Assembly: GCA_014905635.1 (NCBI GenBank)
Contig: JABVCE010000025.1
Location: 372,001-436,000 of the forward strand
DNA length: 64,000 nt
Direction: 5' to 3'
Source: Scenedesmus sp. PABB004
Lineage: Eukaryota
The notes under the pieces: generated by a model
What the model was told of the DNA's origin: nothing
The model's input: only the letters and a program-made list of their open reading frames with translations
The model's database searches: none
Position numbers and translations under genes: made by a program
Shown here: positions 1 through 12,374 of the stretch, one piece after another
How positions within the stretch are numbered: position 1 is the stretch's first letter
Layout of the letters: each line of letters opens with the position of its first letter

Positions 1-38
1 CTGCGACACGCTGCGCGGGGGCGACAGACAACCGTGTG

Positions 39-43
39 TTACA
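39..43 (-). terminator. Chlorophyte poly(A) signal TGTAA
   Basis: TGTAA about 40 nt downstream of the methyltransferase stop. Confidence 0.55.
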
Positions 44-83
44 GTGAGCCTCCTCCAACCGTGCGGCGCGCGCAGCTCGGGCG

Positions 84-1342
84 TCAGGCCGGCGGCTCCA
101 GCGGCCGCCGCTCCTTGGCCAGGATCAGGGTGATTGGCAGCACCACCGTCAGCGTCGCGGAGGCGTCGCTCTGCGCGGCGGCGGCGGCGGCGGCGGCGGC
201 GTGGGCGCAAGCCGGCCCGGACAGCCGCGCCGAGCGCGAGCGGCTGGCAGCGGCCCGCCGACGCGGCGCCGTCGCCGCGCCGCCGCACCGCGCCCAGCGC
301 GTCCATCAGCTGCTGCCGGACCGCGATGAGCGGGTCGGGCTGCTCCGGGTGGCGCTGCAGGAACGTCGCGTGCGCGGACCAGCTGCGAAGGTAGCCCACC
401 TGCGAGCGGCCGGCCGCGCGCACGTGCGCGGCGACTGAGCGCGCCGCGCCGCGCGCCCCGCCCCGCCGCTCGCGCGGGCCGCGCGCCCCTGCGGCCCCGG
501 CGGCCGCGCCACGCGCCAGCTCGTCGACGCTCTGCACGCGGCTCGACTCGAGCTCGCGCCGCGCGACGACGCCAAAGTCGCTCGGCGCCGGCTCAATCCC
601 CCGGTACGCGCGCTCCACGTGCGCCCGCTCCGGCGCCCAGCAGCCCGCCAGCGTGTCGCCGTAGAAGCGCAGCAGCACCTCCTGCACGCGGCGCGCCGCG
701 GCCCGAGCCTCGGCGCGGCGCACGGGCGCTGCGGCGGCGGGCGCGCCCGCGGGCCGAGCCTCGGCGCGGCGCGCGGGCGCTGCGGCGGCGAGCGGGGCGC
801 CGCGCGCCTGCGCGGGGTGCTGCCGGTGGATCAGGATCGGCAGCCCATACGTCCACGCCGCCAGCACGCCGTCGGGCTTGAGCACGCGCCGCGCCTCGCG
901 ATAGAAGCGGGGCGGGTCAAACCTGCGGCGCGGCAGGTTGGCGGGGCGCGCGCGCCGTGCCGCGCCCCGTGCCCCGCCCTGCCGCCGGCGCTGCATGCGC
1001 GCCGCACCAGTGCAGCGCCTGCGCGACGGTCACGAGGTCGGCGCAGGCGTCGGGCAGGCCGGTCGCGTGGGCGTCGCCGACCGCGTACTCGACGTTGCCG
1101 CGCGCGCCGCGATCCGCGCGCGCGAGCTGCGCGGCGCTGCCGTCGAGGCCGACCACGCGCTCGTACGCGTCCGCCAGCGCGACCGTGGCCTGGCCCGAGC
1201 CGCAGGCCACGTCCACGGCCAGCGCACGCGGCGCGCCGGCGCCGGCAAACTCGGCGATCGCGTCGTACAGCGCCGGCGGGTAGGCCGGGCGGTGCGCGGC
1301 GTAGCTCGCCGCCTGCTGCGCGTCGGCGAAGAGCTGCGCCAT
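84..1342 (-). CDS. SAM-dependent methyltransferase (Methyltransf_11-like), spliced
   Basis: MAQLFADAQQAASYAAHRPAYPPALY..., motif I AVDVACGSGQA, DLVTVAQALHW, then exons FDPPRFYREARRVLKPDGVLAAWTY and GYLRSWSA. TGA at 84-86 and TGTAA at 39-43 on the minus strand. Confidence 0.85.
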
Positions 1343-1370
1343 GGCGCAGCGGCGCGGACGCCCGGGCAGC

Positions 1371-1480
1371 GGGCTGCTGGTGCGCTGGTGGGCAGCGGCA
1401 GCGCGGGCTGCTGCTGCGCTGGTGGGCAGCGGCGCGGGCTGCTGGTGCGCTGGTGGGCAGCGGCGGCGCGCTGCTGCGCT
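1371..1480. repeat. Imperfect ~31-34 bp tandem repeat (~3 copies) upstream of the methyltransferase ATG
   Basis: Repeated GGGCTGCTGGTGCGCTGGTGGGCAGCGGC units. Confidence 0.7.
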
Positions 1481-1719
1481 GCTGCGGGCTGCGGCGGCGC
1501 CGGCGGGCGCTGCTGCGGCGCCGGCGGGCGGCTGCGGCTGGCGGTCGCCTCCCAGCGAGAGCACGGGGCGTGTGAGCGTGAATGACGGGCTCTGGGGCGC
1601 GGACGGGCTGCGTTCTCCGGTTTTGCACTGGCGTCACTCGTCACGCGCGCTGCTTCGCAAGGGCTTTGGGCGCTCCTCACTCTCGCGCGCCGCCTCCTCC
1701 GCCTGGCCTTGGGTGCTCC

Positions 1720-2605
1720 TCACTCGCGCGCGCCGCCGCCGCCGCCGCCACCGACCGCGTCCCAGATGTCGCGCCAGGCGTTGGTGTCGAGCGTGGCCTC
1801 GCCGTGAATGGCGACCGCGCGGCGCAGCACTGCGGCGGGCGCCGGCCGCGCGCGTGAGCGCACGCGCGCGCGCGCCGCCTCAGCCGCAGCCGCGCCTCAC
1901 CGGACGCCGTCAGCGCCGCCCAGTCGGGTGCTGCCAGCGGGTGCGGGTGGCCGGCGGCGGCGCCCGCCAGCGGGTCCTGCACGCCCGGCTCCAGCCCCGC
2001 CCACTGCCTGCGCGGCGGGCGGCGGCCGGGCGCTGCGGCGAGGACGTGGGGACGAGCCTCGCCCCGCTGGCAAGCGGTGCGGCTCGCACCCGTCTGCGTC
2101 AAACTCGGGCGCCAGCCCTGCGTTGGCGTGCGGCCGCGGCGGTGGCGCAGCCAGGCTGGGGCTGCGGCGCAGGCCGCGGCGCGGGCGGCGCGCGGGCCGG
2201 TCCCGCCGCGTGCACCCCGGGCGAGGCCTCACCGATGGCCTCCAGCGCGGCGGCGTGCTGGGCGTGCGTCGCGTCGACGCCGTACCGCGCCGACACGCCG
2301 GCGCGCTCGAGCCACGGGTCCACGCCCGGCGCGCGCCGGCAGTGCTCGACTAGCCCCCGCCAGCGCCGCCGGTTGGCCACCGTCAGCGGCTCGCGCGGCG
2401 GCGGCGAGGGCCGCAGGCTGCCGTCGGGGTGGCGGTAGCTGCGCGGGCCGTGCTCGCGCAGGCGCCGCGCGTGGCCGCGCGCGAGCGCCGCGACCTCCTC
2501 GTCCGCCGCGTCCTGGGTGGCGCCGGCCGGCGGCTGCTGCGGCGCCGCGGCAGCGCTGGACGGCCCCGCCGCCTCGCGGGCTAGCACGTCTGACAGGCGC
2601 GGCAT
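1720..2605 (-). CDS. Hypothetical protein, 3 exons, with an apparent 1-nt frameshift near 2063
   Basis: MPRLSDVLARE... exon with GTGAG donors, middle exon ...QWAGLEPGVQDPL...PDWAALTAS, last exon VLRRAVAIHGEATLDTNAWRDIWDAV...*. No recognisable domain. Confidence 0.5.
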
Positions 2606-3103
2606 CGCTCCCTGCGCCGCACGGCGGCCCCGCGCCCGCGCGCTGCGCGTGCAGTCCGCGCCGCCTGGGACGGCTCGACGGCCGCGCCGCGGGCGCTGCC
2701 CGCGGTGGTGAGTGAGCGTGAGCAGCTGTGACGGCTGTGCGGGTCACGGGCGGTGGCGGCAGCTGACGCGCAGGACATCGGCGCCGCCGCGGCGGCGAGC
2801 GCGGAGCGTCACGAGCGGTCCAGGGCCGCCGCAGCGTGATGCGAGCGGTGATCGGTCGGTCGTCTCGTCCCAGCCCCCCGACAGACGACGCGACCCGCTA
2901 CGCGCTCGTTCCAGCTCGCCGGCAGCGGCACGCAGCAGCAGCGCGCGGCCCGCACCAGCCTTGCCGCCGCGCCCGACAGCCGCCGGCGCAGGGATACCTC
3001 CGGCAGGCGAGCGCGGTGGCCACAGCTGCAGGAGGGCGGCAGCGGCAGCGGCGGCGGCGGCGGCAGCGGCAGCGGGCGCCGCGGCGCGCAGCAGCGGGCC
3101 CGC

Positions 3104-4345
3104 ATGTCGGCCAAGCACGCCGTGCTGCTGGTGCCGTCGGCGGTGGCGGCGGCCATGGCGGGCTGGCAGGTCCAGCGCATGCGCTGGAAGGAGGGCCTCG
3201 TCGCTGAGGCGCAGGCCGCGATGGAGCAGCCGCCGGTGGACCTGCTCGCCGGCGGCGCGGCGCGCTTCCGGCGCGTCGCGACACAGGGCCGCTACGACCA
3301 CGCGCGCGCGGCGTTCGTCGGCCCGCGCCCGCTCGGGTGCGCGCGCTGCGCGCGTCGCGCCTGCCGCGCCTGCCGCGCCGCCCGCAGCGCGCGGGGCAGC
3401 ACGCAGCGGGGGCAGCACGCGCGGCGCGCGGGCTCAGGCGGCGCCCATGGCCGAGCGGGCTGGGCCCCGCCGCTGCCGTTGCTGCCGCCGCGGCGCGCAG
3501 GTACCAGCCCAAGGACCCGGACGTCAAGCTGGGCATGCGGGCGATGCTGGTCGTGCCGAGCGCGCTCAAGAGCGGTTTCCTGCTGCTCACGCCGCTCACC
3601 AGCGACGACGGGTGCGCGCCGCCCCGCCTGCTGCGCTGCGCAGGCCGAGCGGCGGCGGCGGCGCCGCGCCCGTGCGGCCGCCTCGGCTCACGGCGGGCGG
3701 CGCGCGCGTGGCGCAGGCGGCACACGGTGCTGGTGAACCGCGGCTGGGTGCCGCCGTACTGGAAGGCCGAGTGGGCGGCGCGCTACGCGGCGCTGCAGCC
3801 GGCCGGGCCCGTGGCCGTGACGGGCGTGGTGCAGGGCAGCGAGGAGCCGAGCAGCTTCGTCCCGCCCAACAGCCCAGCCACGGGGGAGTTCTTCTGGCTC
3901 GACGTCCCAGGCATCGTGAGCGGCGCGGCGCGGCGGCGCCGGGGCGCGCGCACGCGAGCGGCGCGGCGGCGGGACGCGTGCGCGCGAGCTGCCGGAGCGA
4001 GGCGCCGCGCGAGGCGAGGCGCCGCGTGCTGCGTCGCCGCCGCCGCCTCACCGCCGCCTCAACGCCGCCGCCCGCCGCCCGCCGCCCGCCGCGGCCCAGG
4101 CGGAGGCGCTCGGGCTGCCGCGCAGCACGCCGCTGGTGCAGGTGCTGACCGACGAGTCGACCTTCCTCAAGGGCGAGGCGCCGAGCACGGCGGGCGAGGT
4201 CTTCCCGCTGCCCAAGCCCATCACCAGCGTCGTGGCGTTCGGCACGATGCCGCTGGGCCACTTCAACTACGCCGTCGGCTGGGCCGCGATGTCGGCGGCC
4301 ATGGCGGCGCTCGCGCTGAAGCTCGCGCGCAAGGCGTGGCGGTGA
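3104..4345 (+). CDS. SURF1: SURF1/Shy1 cytochrome c oxidase assembly protein, spliced (true start probably upstream, ~2839)
   Basis: GWQVQRMRWK, FVGPR, GFLLLTPL, VLVNRGWVP, FVPPNSPATGEFFWLDV and HFNYAVGW are diagnostic SURF1 motifs joined by GT-AG introns. Confidence 0.92.
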
Positions 4346-4560
4346 CGCGCGCGGGTCGGCGGCCGCGCGGCGCGGCGGCGGCGTTGCGTCGGCGGCGTTG
4401 CGACAGACGCCCCGGGCGCAGCGGGCGCGGGCGGCCCACGCGTCCGAGGGGCGGTTCCCCCGCGGCGAGCAACCGTCCAGCCTCCGTGCCGCGGCCGCGG
4501 CGCTTTTTGCAGCGCCGCGTGCTGCTCGGCGGCCGGCAGCTCGCGCGGCGCAGCAGCGCG

Positions 4561-5595
4561 TCAGGCCGGCGGGTCTGCCTGGAACACCACGTCGCTCCGC
4601 AGCACGTACTTGACGCCCGCCACGATTTCGGCGGCCTCGTGCTCCAGGCAGCGGTCCTCCCCGTGGAGGTGCAGCAGCGCCAGCCCCGGCGCGGGCGCCA
4701 CGCGCGCGACGACGCGCCCCCGCGGGCCTGCGCGCGGGCCGGCGGCGGCGGCGGGCGGCCCGTGCGCGCGGTGGCGCCTCGACGGTCACCCAACCAGGCG
4801 CGGCCCGTCCCCGCCCTCGCACCGTAAAACACGGTCTCGCCGCCCACCAGCTGCTGCACCGCGCTCGTGTCGAGCTGCGCCGGCACCGGCGCCGCGCCGC
4901 CGCTGCCGCCGCCGCCCTTGCCGCGCTTGCCGCCGCCGCCGCCCTTGCCCGCCGGCGCTGCTGCTTGGCTCGCGCCGGCCGCGCCGCCGGCGGCGGCGCC
5001 GCCGCCGCCTGGCAGCGGGCCGCTGAGGTAAATGAGCAGCGTGTAGCCGGTGAAGCGCCCCTGCCCCAGCTCCACGCTGTCGTCGATGTGCCGGCCGAAC
5101 CGCTGGCCCCGCGTGTAGCGGTAAAACCGAATGTTTGGGTTCAGGCCCACCGCCGCCGCGCCGTCCAGCTCCAGGCCGGCAAACGCCTGGGCCAGCCCCG
5201 TGGCGCGCCAGAGCGCGTCCGCGAGCGCCTCGTCCTGGAAGCTGATGCGGTGGTTGTCCCGGAACGCCTCGCCGTGCGCGGGGCCGCGGCTGCTCTGCCA
5301 CTCAAAGCCCGCCGCCTCTGCCACGTCGATGAAGCGCTGCGCCTCGGCCACGCTCAGCACGCCCGGCACCTGCGCGCGGCGGCGCCGGCAGCGCGCACGG
5401 CGCATCGTGGGCCAGGCGCCGGCAGCGGCGCGCGCAGCGGCGTGGGCCAGGCGCCGGCAGCAGCGCGCGGCGGCGGCGTGGGCCACGCACCAGCAGCATG
5501 TGGTCGGTGACGACCGTCGCCTTGAGCTGCTTGCGCGTGAGCTTGGTGAGGCCGGCCGCTCCGGGCGCGGCTGCTGCCGCCTGCGGGCGCGGCAT
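4561..5595 (-). CDS. 2OG-Fe(II) oxygenase (prolyl 4-hydroxylase-like), spliced
   Basis: GLNPNIRFYRYTRGQRFGRHIDD (HxD), TLLIYL, GGETVFY, LLHLHGEDRCLEHE...GVKYVLRSDVVF. Confidence 0.88.
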
Positions 5596-5910
5596 GGCGC
5601 CTGGGCCCTGGGGCAGACACTTCAGCGCTGCCGCGTCGCCGGGCCGGTGTGGCGGGAGCCGCAGGGCGGGCAGGGTGCGGCGGCGGGCGGCGCGCGACGG
5701 TCGGCACGACGCACGGCAACGACGGTCATTCGCCCGCGAGCTTCGGGAGGCGCATGCGGGGCGCCGCAATGTCACGCACCTGCCGCGTTCCTCCGTCGCT
5801 CGGCCAGGCCCGCCGACGCCGCCGACAGCAGCCCTGGCAGCAGCAGCCGGCGCCGCCGCCGCGCCCAGCCCCACGCGAGCGCTCCGTCCTGCGGGCGCGG
5901 CGCGGACGCC

Positions 5911-8244
5911 ATGGCGTCGCTCAGGGTGACCGACCTGCCCGCAGCAGAGGTGCGCGGCGGCGTTTGCGCTCGCCGCCAGCAGCGGCCGGCGGCAGCGGCC
6001 GCGCCGGCGCGGCGGCGACCGCGCAGCTGCCTGTGCGGCTGGGCGCGCACAGGCCGCCCGTCCGACACCGCAGCCGGCCCGCGCGTCCGGCGGCCGACGC
6101 GCGCCGCGCGCGGCGGCGGCGGCGCAGGCGGTGCTGGTGCCGACCGAGACGGTGCCCGAGACGCCGATCATCCGCGGCGTCGACTTTGCCAAGGGCTGCG
6201 ACCTCGACGCCATCATGGGCGCCATGCTGACCAGCGGCTTCCAGGCGACCGCGCTGGGGCAGGCGATCGACGAGGTCAACCGCATGGTGCGCGCCCGCGG
6301 CGCGGGGGCGGGGGCGGCTCACCCGCTGCGCCGCAATGGCTCAGCCGCGCGCCCGCGATGGCTCAGCCGCGCGCCCGCGGCACACCCAGCTGCTGCGCCG
6401 CGGGGGCTCAGTCGCGCCGCTGCTGACGCGCGCGCCGGCAGATCAACTGGCGCCTGGAGGACGACCCGGTGCCGGCCAACGCCGACCCCGCGCACGCCGA
6501 CCCCGCGTTCCGCGCGGCCACGCGCACCAAGATATACCTGGGCTACACCTCCAACCTCATCAGCGCGGGCGTGCGCGAGCAGATCCGGTGCGCCGCCGCC
6601 GCCGCCGCCTCGCCGCCGCGGCCTGCAACCCGCGGGGCCATCGCGCGCGGCGCGGCGAGCGTCGCTGCGAGCTGAACGCGCTCGTCCCGTCGCGCTGGCG
6701 CCAGGTGGCTGGTGCAGAACCAGATGGTCGACGTCATCGTCACCACCGCGGGCGGCATTGAGGAGGACTTCATCAAGGCACGCGTGTGTGTGTGTGTGTT
6801 GAGTGTGTGTGTGTGTGGGAGGGGGGGGGGGCGCACAGCACAGCACAACAGCACACACAGCGCGCGCTTGGCGGGGGCGCACGGCAGCCTGTCCCTCTCA
6901 GGGGCGCGCAGGGCCCCGCGCCGCCGACACCGAGCCGCCGCCGCCGCCGCCGCCGCGGCTGCGGCGCGCAGTGCATGGGCCACACCTACGTCGGCGACTT
7001 CAACCTCAAGGGTGCGGCGGCGGCTGCGGCGGCAGCCCCTAGCCAGGCGGCGTCCGCCCGCCCGCCCGGCCGCCGCGCACGGCCGCGCGCTCACCCACAC
7101 CCCCCACACCCGCCCGCCCGCGCGCGCGCGCGTACTCGCACACACACCCGCTGGCGCAGGCAAGGAGCTGCGCGCGCAGGGGCTCAACCGCATCGGCAAC
7201 ATGCTCGTGCCCAACAGCAACTACTGCCTGTTTGAGGACTGGATCATGCCCCTGCTCGACGACATGCTGGAGGAGCAGAAGACCCAGGGCACCGTGTGGA
7301 CGCCGTCCAAGGCGCGCGCGCGCGCCGCCGTTGGCGTTGCACGCCGCCGCACCGCGACCGCGCCCGCCGCCGAGCCCCGCCGCTCATCACTCACCGCTTC
7401 CTGCACCCGCGCCCGCGCCGTACGCCCTGCCGCTGCGCCCCGCGCGCCGCGCCGCGCCGCGCAGATGATCGCGCGCCTCGGCGCCGCGATCGACCACCCT
7501 GACAGCGTCTACTACTGGGCGGCGCGGCACGGCATCCCCGTGTTCTGCCCCGCCATCACCGACGGCTCCATCGGCGACATGCTCTTCTTCCACTCCTACC
7601 GCAACCCCGGGCTCGTCGTCGACGTCGTCGGCGACATTCGCGCGATCAACGACTCGGCCATGCGCGCGGCGCCGCGGCGCACGGGGATGATCATCCTCGG
7701 CGGCGGTGCGGGCCGGCGCGGCCTGGCCGGCGCGCGGCGTGGTCGGCGCGCGCGCGGGCCGCCCGCCCCTGCTCTCTCTCCCTCTCTCTGCCTCTCTCTC
7801 ACCCCTGCACCCACCCAACCCACCCAACCCCCGGCTGCCCCGGCGCGGCGCGCAGGCGTGCCGAAGCACCACATCAACAACGCCAACCTCATGCGCAACG
7901 GCGCCGACTTTGCGGTGCTGCTCAACACAGCGCAGGAGTTTGACGGCAGCGACAGCGGCGCCAAGCCCGACGAGGCGATCAGCTGGGGCAAGATCAAGCC
8001 CGACGCGCGGCCGGTCAAGGTCTGCGGCGACGCGACGATCCTGCTGCCGCTGCTGCTGTCGCAGACGTTTGTCAAGTTCTGGGGCAAGCGCGACGCGCTG
8101 CGCGGCGCCGCCGCGGCGGGCGGGGACGCGGCGGGCGGGGGGCGGCGGCAGCGCAGCAGCAGGCGGGGGAGCAGCAGCAGCAGCCGCAGCAGCCGCTGCC
8201 GCAGCCGGCGCCGACGCAAACAGCTGGCGGCGGCGGCGGCCTGA
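5911..8244 (+). CDS. DHS: Deoxyhypusine synthase, 8 exons
   Basis: [87 protein letters not shown]. Confidence 0.97.
6785..6817. repeat. (GT)n microsatellite followed by a G-run in DHS intron 4
   Basis: gtgtgtgtgtgtgtgttgagtgtgtgtgtgtgg. Confidence 0.9.
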
Positions 8245-8285
8245 GCAGTTGAGGCGGCGTGACCCCGCCCGGCCCGGCGGCCGCC

Positions 8286-8290
8286 TGTAA
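8286..8290 (+). terminator. Poly(A) signal TGTAA for DHS
   Basis: TGTAA 42 nt after the DHS stop. Confidence 0.6.
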
Positions 8291-8295
8291 CCGCC

Positions 8296-11200
8296 TCACA
8301 CCACCGCCGCGGCGCGGCCGGCCGCGCGCGCGCGCTCCTCGGCCTTCCGCGCCGCGCCGCCGGCCGGGCCGCCCGCGGCGGCGCCGGCGCCGCCGCCGCC
8401 GGCGCGCCAGCCGCCGCGCGGCGCGAGCGCCTTGTGCACCGCGAGGATGCGCATGTTCTGGTGCCGGATGTAGCCGTTGAAGTCGAGGCGGAGGTACAGC
8501 TGGCGCAGGTAGGGCGCCTGCGCGCCGCGGCGGCGGCGGGGCGCGCAGTGACGAAGCGGGCGCGGTCAGCGGCCTGGCCCGCAGCAGTGGTGGCGGCGGC
8601 AGGGGCGGCGGCGGCGGCGGGCGGCGGGGCGCGCCTTGTCGTATTGCTGCAGCGTGCGGCTCTGCAGGTTGACGTACAGGCTCGACATGGTGCGGTCAAA
8701 CGCGGCGTGGACCTCCTGCGACCGCCGCGCGTGAGACGAGCCGGGGAGGCCGGCGGGCCCCCGCCGCGGCCCCGGGGCGCGGCCCGCCGTCCCGCCCGCG
8801 CCGCCGCACCCTGGCCTGCTCCCAGTCAATGCCGCGCTCGCGCGCGCCGCGCACGAGGCGGCAGAGCGCCGACGTCTGGCCAAACACCTCGCCGAGCTGG
8901 CGCACGAGGCTCGTGTGCGAGAGGAAGCTCTGCGTGAGCAGCGCGTGCAGGAAGCGCTCGTGCGCGTGCTCCGCCTCGGCAAAGTCCTGCGGGCGTGACG
9001 CGCGGTGGCGGGGCGTGCGTGAGCGAAGCGGCGCGTAGCACACGTCCTGCAAGTCAGCGAGCGGCCTGGCCGCGGCGCGGCCCCCCGCTGGGCCTCCTCG
9101 GCCAGCGCTGCCCGCCGTGAGCCGCACCTGCGCGGCGGCGACCTTGTCGACGAGGCGGGCGTAGTTGGTCTCGACGACGTCCAGCTGCAGGTAGATCTGG
9201 AGGTTGCCGACCAGGTGCCCCATGTGCTGGCGCAGCTGCAGCAGCGGCGTGATGTCGGCCGGCGACGTGCCGCCGCCGCGGCGCCCGCACAGCCTGCGCG
9301 GCGCGGCGGCGGCCGCGCACCTCACCGCGCCGCGCGCGGTGAGGTGAGCGCGCACTCGCGCGCGCGGCGCGCGCTGGCGGGGGCGCCATTGGCCGGCCGC
9401 AGCGCCGTCCCGCCTGCCGCGTGCGCCGCCGCACCGTCCCAGCTCCTGCCACGCCTGCTCGAGCGCGAGCTGCACGCGCTTGAGGCGGAGCAGCAGCTGG
9501 AAGAGCGCGTTGTAGCGCTCCATGTGCCGCCGCGTCAGCAGCACGCCCAGCGGCCACGGCAGCGACGCCTCGAGCCGCAGCTCGTCCCACGCCGCGTCAT
9601 ACGGCGGCACCGCCAGCGCGCGCCCGCCGCCCGCGCCGCTGCCAGGCGCGGCGCCAGCGCCGGGCGTGCCGGGCGGCGCCGCCGCCGCGCCCGTGGCGCG
9701 CGCGGCGGCACTGGGGCGCAGCACGATTCTGAACAGCTTGAAGCGCGGGTCCGCCGCGGCGGTGCTCTTGGCAGCCGCCGACTGCCACGGCACGGCTGCG
9801 GGATGGCGGCGTGGCGCACGTGCGCGCGTCAGGCGCGGCCCGCTGCACACTATGCCCCGCGCGCGCGCCCCGGCCGCGCGGCGCACCCAGGTCGGCGTTG
9901 GCCGTCTTCTCGCGCGGCGGCCCGGCCAGCAAGCGCGCCGCGTCGGTGAGGAAGCACTGCCAGAAGTCGCCGCGCGCGAGCAGGCAGTAGTCTTTGACGC
10001 CGCCCAGGTGCGCGACGAGGCCCGCCTGCACCACCAGCAGCCGCCACAGCCGGCTCGCGACCTGCGCGTCCGGCGCGCGGCGGTTTGGTGGCGGCCCGGC
10101 AGCGGCGGCGCCGTGTGGGGGGTGCCGGCACGCGCGCGCCGCGCTCACGTCGGCGCGGATGGCCTCGACCGTGCGCTCCAGCGCCGCCTGGCTGAGCGCG
10201 GGCTGCGCCGCGAGCCCGCGCAGCGCCGCGGCAAACGCGAGCGTGTCCTCGTGCGGCAGCAGGTCCTGCGGCGCGCCCGCCTCGCGCCAGCGGCCCTGCT
10301 GCTCCGTCTGCTCGCCGGCGCCGCCGTCGAGCGCCGCACGCGCGCCGGCGCAGCTCTCCGCGAGCGCCGCGAGCTTGGCCGACGCCGGCGGCGCGCGCAG
10401 CAGGCGCACCGCGCGCCCCACAAACTCCACCGACGTCGCCAGGTGCGGCGTGACGCCCGGCGGCAGCTCGTGCAGCGCGACCTGGGCGTGGGGGAGCGGC
10501 GTCAGCGGCGTCAGGGCGGGCGGCGGGCTGCGAGTGCCGCGCGGGCATGCGACCGCGCCCGCGGGCGTCTGCGGCCGGCCTCCCTGCGCGGCTCGGGCCG
10601 CCCCGCCGCGCCGCGCCTGTCCCGCGCCGCCACGCACCTCAAACGCCTCGTGCCAGTCGCGGTACGTGTCGTCCTCGCTGCACTGCGTCGGGTGCCTCGC
10701 GGCGCCCTGGTCGCGCGCCGCGCCGCCGTCGCGCGCCGCGTCGTCGCCGCCGAGCGCGTGCTCGCCGCCGCCCGCGGGCTCGCGGGGGCGGATGAAAAAC
10801 TCGCCGCCCTCGTCCGCCAGCAGGCCGTGCACCATCCTGCGAGCGCGCGGCGCGGCGCGGCGCGGTCGGCGGCGCGCGGGGCGGGCTCCGCAGCACGCGC
10901 AGCATGCGCAGGGTGGCCCCCCAGCGCCACACAGCATGCTCACCACATGGTGAGCTGGTTGAAGAGCACCTGGTTGACGTGCCACAGCAGGCGCTGCAGG
11001 CACGCCTGCAGCAGCGGCTGGCCGTTGAGGCGGTGCGCGTGCAGCGTCGCGAGCAGCCGCGCGCCGCGCGCCTCGGGCGGCGCCACGAGCAGCACGCCCG
11101 CGCCGCCGCAGGCCGCCGCCGCGGCGTCGCCGCCCCCGACCGCGTGCGGCGCGCGGCGGCGCAGGTCGTACGCGAGCTGGTGCAGCTGCGGCAGCAGCAT

Positions 11201-11485
11201 CTGCGTGCGCGCGGGCCGCGCTGCGTGAGCCAGCGGCGCCCACCGCGCCGCCGCCGCCGCCGCCGCCGCGTCCACCACGCCCACGCGGCCCGCGGCAGCA
11301 CACCTGCAGGTCAGCCAGCTGGTAGGCCAGGCCGGGCAGGCCGCGCTCCGCGCCGCCCTCCAGCGCGCTCTCCTGCAGCGCCACCACCTCGTCCTCGTAC
11401 ACCGCCAACACCTCTGCGCGCGGCGCAGCAGGGGGGCGTGGCCGGCCGGCCCCGCGGGCTCAGCCTCCCCGCGGGGCCCCGCCCG

Positions 11486-11529
<44 letters not shown>

Positions 11530-12137
11530 GGCGCGCACCGGCGAGGCCCGCGCACAGCGCCTGGCGGTAGAGGCTGCGCTGCCCCGGCTGGCCGCCGCCC
11601 TCCTGCGCGATGAAGCGCTGCAGCTGGCGGTAGTGGAAGCCCAGCGCGACGAGCTCGTTGAGGTGCGCCCTGCGCCGCGACCAGCGCCGGCCAGTGTTGG
11701 TTGGAACGCTCCCCGCGCGCGGTCACGCTGCGCACGCCGCCCGCCCCGCCCGCCCGCGCGCCCCCGCCCAGGGCGCCCGCACCTGTCCTGCGGGCACACC
11801 CAAGCGATGTCTGGCGCGAGCGCGAGCGAGCAGCGCTCCGGGTGCAGCAGCTCGTCGCCGAGCCTGCGCTCGCCCGCCCGCCCACGGCGGCGGCGGCGGC
11901 TCAGCGGCGCTGCTGCTGAGGGAGGCGCTGCGAGCGGACTGGGGCGCGGCATCGCCCAGCGCCGGCGTCGGCGCCGCGCGCGCGGCAGCGGCGCGCGCAC
12001 CCGGCGGCGCTCAACTCCACGAACACGTCGCCCGCCAGGCCCAGCAGCGCCATGAGCAGCTCCTGCATCAGGCTCTGCAGGCTCAGCTCCTCCTCCCCCG
12101 GGCCCGGGCCGCCCGGGGAGGGCGCCAGGCCGGGCAT
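8296..12137 (-). CDS. GCP4: Gamma-tubulin complex component 4 (Spc97/Spc98 family), multi-exon
   Basis: N-terminal MQELLMALLGLAGDVF, LNELVALGFHYRQL, VLFNQLTMW, DYCLLARGDFWQCF, YNALFQLLLRLKRVQLAL, GNLQIYLQLDVVETNY, C-terminal LRQLYLRLDFNGY. Confidence 0.9.
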
Positions 12138-12374
12138 CGAAGCGCGCGCGGGAGCAGGTGCTGTCGCGCGGGAGGCTGTGCGCAGCGGCCGGGGGCGAGC
12201 TTGGCGTGCGTTCTCGTCGTGCGGCGGCGGCGGGCTCTGCATTTTTTCAGCCCCGCCGGCGCTTTGAAAAAGGACAACTTGCACAAGCGCACCACACCGC
12301 CGACGGGCGCACTCAGGGGCTCTCATCATTGGGCATCGCGACGGACACGCCCGCAGCACCGCCTGGGCGCCATC

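Noticed and set aside
687..790. Two ~51-bp imperfect direct repeats
   Set aside because: This is a simple intronic tandem duplication, with no terminal inverted repeats or target-site duplication to suggest a mobile element.
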